Assembly (NCBI GenBank): GCA_002633005.1
Contig: NMRA01000722.1
Span: 1 to 64,000, forward strand
DNA: 64,000 nucleotides
Reading direction: 5' to 3'
Source: Phoronis australis
Taxonomy: Eukaryota; Animalia; Phoronida
The notes beneath the pieces were generated by a model, which made no database searches, was not told where the DNA came from, and saw only the letters and a list, made by a program, of their open reading frames with translations. The position numbers and the translations under genes are program-made. Within the stretch, counting starts at the first letter, position 1, and each line of letters starts with the position of its first letter. Positions 55,650 to 64,000 of this stretch are shown piece by piece.

Positions 55650-55990
55650 ACGGCATGAAACTAAAGTGCCATCCACACAAAGACTTAACGGTCGCCTAGA
55701 ACAAGTTACTCCTGGAACAAGTTGTTGCTAGGTTTGGGGGCTGTGCGAACGTTATTTAAACTAGTGCAACTTTTCAACTTACCTCACATTATTGAGAAAA
55801 GGTAACTTGTACCACATCTATTCACTGTGAGGCCAAAAACCTGGCCACAAGTAATCATCAACTGCACTCTTTCATAGTTACATACACATGAGTCTTCTTG
55901 CTGTATTCCTATTGGCTGTTCATTGTCATGTTCGAAGTGACAACTTCCACCTTACACTAGATATCAGTTGTATGTGTGTGGAGCTCCCCT
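55650..55990 (-). repeat. Dispersed repeat family D, copy 2 (inverted)
   Basis: Reverse-complement similarity to 17440-17805. Confidence 0.7.
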
Positions 55991-57659
55991 TAAAGTGTTA
56001 AACTATTGCAAGTCAATGTTCTCAGGGTAAGTCTTGTTTCTAAGTGTTATTAGCTTTTCACTACAGAATTTACCATGCCTTTTACTTTTCTTAGACACCC
56101 TTTTCAACATAGCTACACACTGCTAAGAGTGGTGAAGCAAAGATAACAGAAATTTATTGGCCCTGGTTATTAGCTCCTGGTTATTAGCCTGTACAGCACA
56201 GTGACCATAAGTGTTTATTTTCATATTAGATGTTTCCTGCCCTAAGTACACTGTATTGCATTAATAAACAGTAGTTAACATAAACATTGAGTAATTCCAA
56301 AGAGAATCGGGCTTTAATGCAGGCTCAATTCTTCTTTACAGTGGATAAAACATCTTCATACAATACCATGGAAAACTCAAGTTTTATTTCGAAGTGATAT
56401 TTCCTTGCAAAAATCAATGAAAATTTTACACTTTATTGTTTCAGACTAAAAGAATTTACACTATACAGCTTTCATCCCATTACAAATTGTGAGATTTTGA
56501 CATTCACTCTCGTCATGTAGCCCTAGTGAATTAGGAAAATAAATTTTCAGCAAGTCCATTTTTGTTCAAATTCAAAAAATTCTGTTCCCCACGACAGCCC
56601 AGAGAATCTAGTGGTAGGGTCTCACATTCAGTACAGTAGTCAACAGCTTCATAATTCAATAACCACATGCACACCTGCATATCATGATTCAAAAGTTTTC
56701 TTTTTTATTCCTTAATCTGTAATTAATATCAATATTACCATGTAGTTAAAGGGGCACTTTGCCAATGTTTAACTGTTAATGTTGAATTCTTAACTGAAGC
56801 CTTTGGAATTTAAAACTTTACTGCACTCATCCAACCTTGAATTTTTACCAAATGAGCGGGCAACTCAATTCACAATAATAAGAATGCACCACTTTCAAAA
56901 TCGCAATTTTAAGGTTCGCCAAACTCACTAAAATCTTAAGTCTTTTCTTGAGTCACTGATGGTTTCTATGTTCTTGTTGGCAATGGAAATGAAATCCTAT
57001 CACCAGAAGGAATATTAAAGAGACTAATTTTATGAGAGTAATGGGTTCAATGTATCTTTTTTTCATTTCAGTCAGCTAAGCAAGACAATATAGAGCTTTA
57101 ACTTCTAATTATTTCCAATTTCATCATGAACAACCAAGAGGTAAATACGGATGATAAAAGTAACTTTAGGAAAGAATTTGATTAACTCCTAACAGTCATA
57201 CCTCTTCTCTGCTCCACAGATTAGAATTTAAGACTATTGACTTATTGTGTAATGTCGATTAGACATTTGGTTCTTCAGTTCCCCAACACATATCTGCTGG
57301 AAAATGCCAAACAGGCATAAAGATGGAATTTTAATGCAGATCAGGTGTTAGACTCAACATTCTACTACTTGTAATTGGCAAAGTATACCAACAGCACAGG
57401 AAGTTTGAAAAAGCCTGGAGGTGAGTTAGAGATGTACGGAGAGGAAGTCTCATAGAAATCTTATTGCCTCTTAGACATCTCAGGTGAATGGGAGTACTTG
57501 TAACCTGTCTAACACCTGAATGGAGACTACTCACATTAGAATGAGATATCAAAAGTATTACAAGTTAATCTCTTGAATTTATTACATATAGCTCTACTTA
57601 TAATAAAGAGCTAAAGTAATTTGTCATACTAGAGCTGTTTTACAAATAGAAAAGGATAT

Positions 57660-57964
57660 GGCCACGTGATAATCTTGAGACATCCGTATCGTAATTTGTT
57701 GGTCTGTGGGAGACAGCGTAGTGCAATGGGAACAAATCCTGGGAATGGTAACAACTCCTCTTCAGAATCCGTGATCACATTATCCGCTATGCTCACTGAT
57801 CCTCGTCCAGAACTCTGCTCCGAGGACTTGAGAGCACTTTTTCCATAAGACATGGATGATTTCCTGGACAAAGTATCCTGATCTTCAGCAGGCTCAATGC
57901 GGATTTCCACAATTGGTTTTTGTGGTTCAGACACCACATTATCTCCACTTGAATCCTCTGACAT
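57660..57964 (-). CDS. Cav3: T-type voltage-gated calcium channel alpha-1 subunit (Cav3), first coding exon (cytoplasmic N-terminus)
   Basis: Translation ends LPFPGFVPIALRCLPQTNKLRYGCLKIITW-P, matching the pre-IS1 segment of Cav3 channels (human Cav3.1 recalled as [31 protein letters not shown]). The ATG at 57964 is in ACAATG context with an in-frame TAA just upstream. A TTTCAATTCTCAG acceptor puts the exon start at 57977. The exon ends in phase 2 at CC|ATATCCTTT. Confidence 0.93.
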
Positions 57965-58429
57965 TGTGAGTTATGCCCTGAGAATTGAAATATAAATTTT
58001 CTAAAATACATTAACATAATCAATCAAAACAAATTTTAATTTTGTGATGTTCTATTAAATTTTCAAAAGTTGTTATTGAGAAAAAAAACGTAGTTAAAAC
58101 AACAATTTTAATTAAAAAGTAACATTTTCTAAATTAAGATCAGGCAAACACCATCAGTTCAATTACAGCTAAGAACTAAGTCACATGTTTAAGAATTGAC
58201 AATTTCCTATGGACAGTGCACCTTTTTTTTAGTTAGTACATACATTGTTTTACTACAGCATGCTGATATGAATTTGTTCCAAGCACTAATTAAAATGTGA
58301 CTGTTACATCATCTAGAAATTGGCTCTGAAATCTCATTTAAAATAATTTTCATAAATGAAATAGTAAAAGTGATTTTTACAAAAACTGAAACAAAGTCTG
58401 CTTTTGTCACTTCCCAAAGAAATCTCAAG

Positions 58430-58830
58430 TAACCGCGCACATTGACTGCTAACAGATTCCCCAGCCATCAACGCCGACGTCAAACATTCTGTCCCTGGTC
58501 ACAACGCCATCGGTAGCTTACGGTGCGCTCAGCCGGCTTATTCAGTCTCCGGTGCCCGTCAAAGCTTGCGACATTTTGCACACTCAATTCAATGCATGAA
58601 AAAAGTACTTACAAAACAACTGCAACCTTAACCGGTTCAGTGACAAAACCTTTCACATCGTGTATCTCAAACCATAATCAACGATTTCTTTTGATGTAGG
58701 CCTTACAGCAGATAAGCAATATCACAACATTCTCCGATGACGAGTTTTCTCTGAATGGAGAAAGCTCAATGTCACGTGACTAATTTTAGTCGAAAGGTGG
58801 CGACTCCTAATGTGTCACAGAATGGAGCGT
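58430..58830 (-). promoter_or_regulatory. Candidate Cav3 promoter / non-coding first exon
   Basis: The acceptor at 57978 implies an upstream UTR exon. This patch is CpG-richer, has a minus-strand GTAAGT donor at 58612 (alternative GTAAGC at 58521) and a perfect GTCACGTGAC E-box palindrome at 58771-58780. Confidence 0.4.
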
Positions 58831-61308
58831 AAGCTTAGTGAGTTTACCACTGTTCATAAACAGAGGTATCAAATTTATTCGTTTTAAGCAAAATGCCATA
58901 ATTGGGAAATTTAAGCATCATAAAATTTCTCATAAATAAATCACAGTGTTTTTTTTTCTTTCTTGAAAGGCTAAAGTGGTGTGTAATAAGCACTGATTTC
59001 CACCCCCGAAGACACAGATAGAGTCTAGGATATAATGTGAGACCAGAGTTTACAGGAACTAGAGACAAGTGTGTAATGTCAACCATAATATTGTTTACGT
59101 GATGGGATTTGGATTTTCGTTACTAACAGGAATATCGAAATCATCAGCGCTTGCATTCAAGAAAACTCTTCTGCGTTAATTGGATTCAAACTTGCTGGAA
59201 TGCCGACGGATAAAAATACAAAATTGTAAAACTAGTAAAACTAAAACGACGAGCGTCGGTACAAAAATATATTAAATATCCCCACGTTTCGAGCGATGCA
59301 CTCTTTGTCAAGGGTGTGCTACAGACTGCTGAGTACATGTAGCGTTATATTGGGGCTCCCTTCTGAACCCTAAAATTGAGTTTCCCGTCACCGAATAGTA
59401 AAGAGGTACCGGTTCAATTGGTAGCAATTCAAGATATATGATTTTAGTGGTTTGGGTTTTGAACAGCGCTTCGGTTAAGAATTCAATTGACAGATAAACG
59501 TATGTAGGCGAAATCCCCTTTTGTCAAGTCTTAGAAATTCTAATGCGTGTGCCTAGTTGTCAGGTGATATTAGCTTGTCCTACATTGCAGCTTTGCAACT
59601 ATCTGATAGTCGTTCATTAATTGGTAAAAAATGTCATGTCTGTATACAGTAGCCGCCAGGAAATATTTTCATGCCAGCGATGCATTTGGTGGAAAGCAAT
59701 CGATGCCAGCCTGAGCGCAGGCCCCGCCTGGCTCACATCCACGTAAGTTCTCTGTGCCGATCATGAAAAGCAGGACCAGAAGAAAAATCAAAAGGGGACC
59801 GCCTGTGCCATCTGAGTTAAAAGCCCAACGATGGTATAAAATTCGAAGCATGCGCATGCTGCGGTTGACTAAAGTTGTCCCGACGTTTCCGCTATTGTCT
59901 CCAACCCGCTTCATGAACAAGGGGGCTCTATGATGAACTTTGACTAGTGCGATTTAACCCGAGCTAAACTAGACATTAAGTACACAGACGTATTGAGATA
60001 GGTTCAACGGGATGAATTTGATTTGTAAATAGTAGTAATAAACAAACTTGAAGAAACTTGAAAACACGTCAGAAAAATACCAGCCTATTCCTGCGGATAC
60101 AGAGGCAGGTGGAATGTTCTTTTAAGAATTGTCCGCCTACTAAATTCCGGTGGCGAATCATATTGCAAACGCCGGGACGATGCATATGGTTAGAGTTCGA
60201 GGTAGAGTTAATAAACAAATTATGGGGTTAATGAGGGTACTTCAAGTGTGTTAGTTTACTTTGCTAATGTGCAGGTCACTTGAATAAATTAACCGATGTC
60301 AAAACATGAAAACAATACAAGCCGGCCGTCCGAGAACCCAAACAATATAATTATGATAAAGATCACGTGATAAACAGAATGATAGTAAGCAGGAAATAAT
60401 TTTGCAAACGCGGCGATTTTGTCCATAAATATTCGCTCAAGTTGGTACAACACTTGTATCACAGAAAAGCTGTAGAAGAAAACCTTCTGCCTAGAGCCCC
60501 ACTAGAGACAGACCCCTCCCCCAACCCCATTCGTAAGATCTGTTCAGTTTTATTATAACTACCTCCTGATTCCTTCAGGAACAGATTATGCTTAAAAACG
60601 AGACAAACTATTGAGTGAAATAGCACTACGTGACATACTTGAGGGAGGGAGAGGGTGGCACCGTTATCTCCCAACCCGGACGGCGAAAATCCTAGCTACG
60701 CCATGGGGTGGCCTTTATGGGACGAACTTAACATCGAGAAAGGGTGATGTACAACACATCAGGGCTCGATCTCAACCCAGGTTTGCAAACGGTGATGAGG
60801 AGCTATGCCTCTCAACGAGCTTCCTAAAAGTAACAACCTCCATGGTTATCGACCGCTAAAACGTGGCACCGCGGAATACAGATGGGATTTTGCATCCAAA
60901 ACATGTGTTACAGTGAAATTTGTAATAAAGGGTAAGATGGACTCACTCAGCGGAATGTGCTCGGCGATTCGTACTCACACTTTGTTCGCACAAAAGTACG
61001 GTGAGGGCCCGGGGGAATGACCTTGGTCGGGGGACTAAATCTCATTCGGAACCAACTGAAGAATTATATTCTGTGGGCAATAAAAACCCTCGTGCAACTG
61101 CGACTATAAGGCCTTATTTCCATATAAGAATAATATCAATGCACAAAGTGCGATTCATATACCCACTGCAATAACCTGTGCGTTTTTATGTTTCCATTTG
61201 TACGTATATGGTGAGATTTCGAGGAAACTTTATTTTGCGCGCTGTTTAAAACACAACTCAACTGCTAAAATTTGACTGCACGTGTCCACTGCGAAACCTT
61301 ACTATAAT

Positions 61309-61350
61309 CAAGGAGTGACTGTAGTATAAGAATTCTTCATACACTCCTTG
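61309..61350. mobile_element. 42-bp micro-MITE with 9-bp TIR and 7-bp TSD
   Basis: CTATAAT|CAAGGAGTG...CACTCCTTG|CTATAAT. Confidence 0.75.
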
Positions 61351-63934
61351 CTATAATCCAGTAAACGACGAGCGTTGTGCCACTCGGGGACACGTGGACA
61401 GCACTTGTTGCACGTGGATGACGTTGTGAGAACGAAAATTACAAGTAGTTGACGTTTCATTTTGGGAAAGCACAAATGTGTTCCTTATATACACAGACCT
61501 TTTTAAATGAACACTGTAACAAATGAACATTTATTTTACGAATTATTGACATCTTTTATTCAACTAAAGGTTCTAAACGCCTTACGCATACGCATTATGA
61601 ACTGCTTACTATCAAGACGCGTGCGTGTGCAAACACGCAATGGCGTATACGTGATATGTAACACATCACTGACTTAATCTACCGGATATTTATAGTGATA
61701 ACTATTATGACGCGATTTGGACCCACAAATAGGTATGGAAATGCAGTCACATCGTATTTTCAAAAAGTTTTAGGTCTTGGGATTTTTCTCCGATTCAGGT
61801 AACCACGGGAGCAGACTTGGAAATTTTTACAAATTTATGTGTTTGGATTAATCGGTGCACCTACTGAATGCTCCCGGGGAGTTGAGAGGACAAAGACTGA
61901 CCGAGTCCATAGCGAAGCAATAATTTTCTGAGTACTTAGTAATTTACAGCGCAGCGTAAAGCTGGCCAAATTATTATTGTTTTTAAATTTGTAATTTTAA
62001 TTTTATTTGACTGGGTCCAAACTGTCAACATGACGTCATACCAAGCAAGCGAATTCAAAACTGACACTCTCATGCAATACAGACGTGCAGTGTTTACACA
62101 CGTAAGCGTGATGTATTACAACTCAGTGAGCTTCTATTTTATTCGACTGGTTGCCTGCGCAACCATGTGCAGAGTCACAACACTATGACATAATGTGGGC
62201 ATATACCTGTACCTGTAACACCTCAAAGACCGTCTTTATATGTGATTCACACTGTAATTCGGTGTGTATTCCGTAGAGATCAAAAAATCGTCATGCATTA
62301 CCAGCGAAAGTCGTGATCACTTTAGCTATACTAGCGAGTGTCTCGTACCCAATAACACCCAGTTTTGGTACTGACTGAACGTAGGCTACAGTTTCACCAC
62401 TTGGTACACCTTGGCCGTTTATCCAGACCCTACGGAAATTATATCGAGAGGTAACCTCGACGAAAATGAAAAATTTGAAGATGTGGAACTAAAAACGGCA
62501 AATCCAAAAACGCCGGTGAAAATGAATAAGAGTATGTCGGTATTTAAAAATTAGATGCAAAAATCAAGCAGGATATATTCTGATATCGGCATGACTGTTG
62601 TATTCTCGTCTGAAAATATATTTCAAACCCAGAAGTTATCTGTTTAAATTTCTGTATTGGCTAGTTCTGTTGCGAATTGCATAGCGAAAGTCAGACATCA
62701 GCGGCAACTGATGTATTTGATCAGCCTCAACCCAAGGCCGCGGCGGTCTCGGCTTCGGTAAAGCTAGTGGAAAGACAAGGCGGCGAGTAGCTGAATATTT
62801 TAAGCAAACCTAACTGAAGTCTATCCCAGCAATACCAAAAAAATGTTCATTTTCGAACCTCGGAACCCCGTGGTATCCTTTGAACCTTTCAATAGGAAAG
62901 AAAGCGGATTCCGGCCACTTCTGGCAGGACTTAGATTCCAAAAACTAAGACAAAGCTTTCCGAAGGAGGATCTACCTAGGAACAGTCACGGCATAGAGTG
63001 TACGTCCCGAGGGTAGCCTATGCTGGCTCCCGGAGCGCAATTTCAATTCAATATCAATGTAACCACAAAAACATAGATTTGACAACTATATCCAGGTACG
63101 TACCTGGAACGTGGACGAGTCGTCCACTCCCAATGGACTAGATAGCCGTTGGTCACACAAAATGAGAACTACTAATGATATCTTCCCTATACAAATGTAA
63201 CCCGCGCTATCGCGCTAGTCACGCACAGCCATCCCGACTAAGGAACTCGTAACATGGTGCTCAATTTTTGGTGGGACTCTTTCGAAAATCCCGGCTCGCG
63301 GTATATCCTAACGAATGGGACTTTTTGCCACATTTGTTTTGGTAATATTTCACACATAGACGTATGCGCCTTAGATTCACATAGCGCACAGACTGCTCAT
63401 TAAATGGTTATAGTTTCTGCGTACTGGCCATTCTCAATGTTTTTCATTTATTAATTAAATTGAACACAGATCAACCTGGAACATTGATACCGCACAAGTC
63501 CAGCTGTAATAGTTTGCTCCTTAGTACTCAAGTGATTTAGATACAATGCACTCGCACGGGACCAATTCAGCGGGCAGGCGCACTGAGCTGAGATGCTAGT
63601 ATACTATTATAATACCTATCCTCGCAGTCGCAAACGATAAAATCAGAAACTGAAAAATGGACCGTCTCTGTTCTGGTACTACTTAGCAAACTTGAGCAAG
63701 TTTGTTCAAGCTTGTTGATGGGGCACCATCATTTTTCTTCATCTTTGAATTTCCATGTTCCCTTGCTTGGTAAATTTGAACAGTATTACTCCACAAAAGG
63801 GTTTTCAGAAATCTAAATCTAAGTTTTTCAAGCTTATCGAATTTAGTGTTGTAGTAAAGTAAAAAATATTATAGTTTCACTACTTATAAAGCATCTTTGG
63901 TACAGTTAACAATTTCCCTAAGTTGAAGGGATGG

Positions 63935-63986
63935 GGTATTGCCTGAGTGACAGGGTAGTGCCTGAGTGACAGGGTATTGCCTGAGT
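63935..63986. repeat. 19-bp tandem repeat GCCTGAGTGACAGGGTAKT
   Basis: About 2.7 copies. Confidence 0.85.
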
Positions 63987-64000
63987 AGTACAGTATGCAG

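Larger units (their letters stand above)
9899..57659 (-). other. U12-type (minor spliceosome) AT-AC intron of Cav3, ~47.8 kb (~50 kb to copy B)
   Basis: Donor ATATCCTTT at 57659-57651. Branch site TTTCCTTAAC at 9917-9908 (7719-7710 in copy B), then 9 nt ending in AC. Splicing here restores ...IITWPWWERIS. Cav/Nav channel genes are known to carry U12 introns. Confidence 0.93.

Noticed and set aside
57629-57659. YPFLFVKQL tail of the 111-aa ORF
   Set aside because: Translation of the ATATCCTTT donor and the start of the intron.
61795-61960. Possible SINE core remnant (ATGCTCCCGGGGAGTTGAG)
   Set aside because: Resemblance from memory only; no A/B boxes and no second copy visible.

Overview
AT-rich metazoan genomic DNA, probably an invertebrate (inference), with two assembly gaps: a single N at 8731 and Ns at 18094-18851. 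The only supportable gene is the 5' end of a T-type voltage-gated calcium channel alpha-1 subunit (Cav3, the CACNA1G/H/I family) on the minus strand. Its first coding exon (57964-57660) is joined to the domain I S1-S3 exon through a ~48-50 kb minor-spliceosome (U12) AT-AC intron (ATATCCTTT donor, TTCCTTAAC branch site, AC acceptor). The S1-S3 exon occurs twice (9898-9653 and 7700-7455) in a 2.2 kb tandem duplication joined by one N, most likely a haplotype assembly artefact. The intron is full of non-autonomous DNA transposons/MITEs, dispersed repeats and minisatellites. The most interesting signals are cryptic U12 splice signals inside the giant intron (including a candidate 37-nt poison micro-exon), a hairpin-ended element nested in a relative with co-varying termini, repeat-borne CTCF-like motifs, a 42-bp micro-MITE and a minimal hammerhead-like motif. 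Nearly all other ORFs in the track look spurious.
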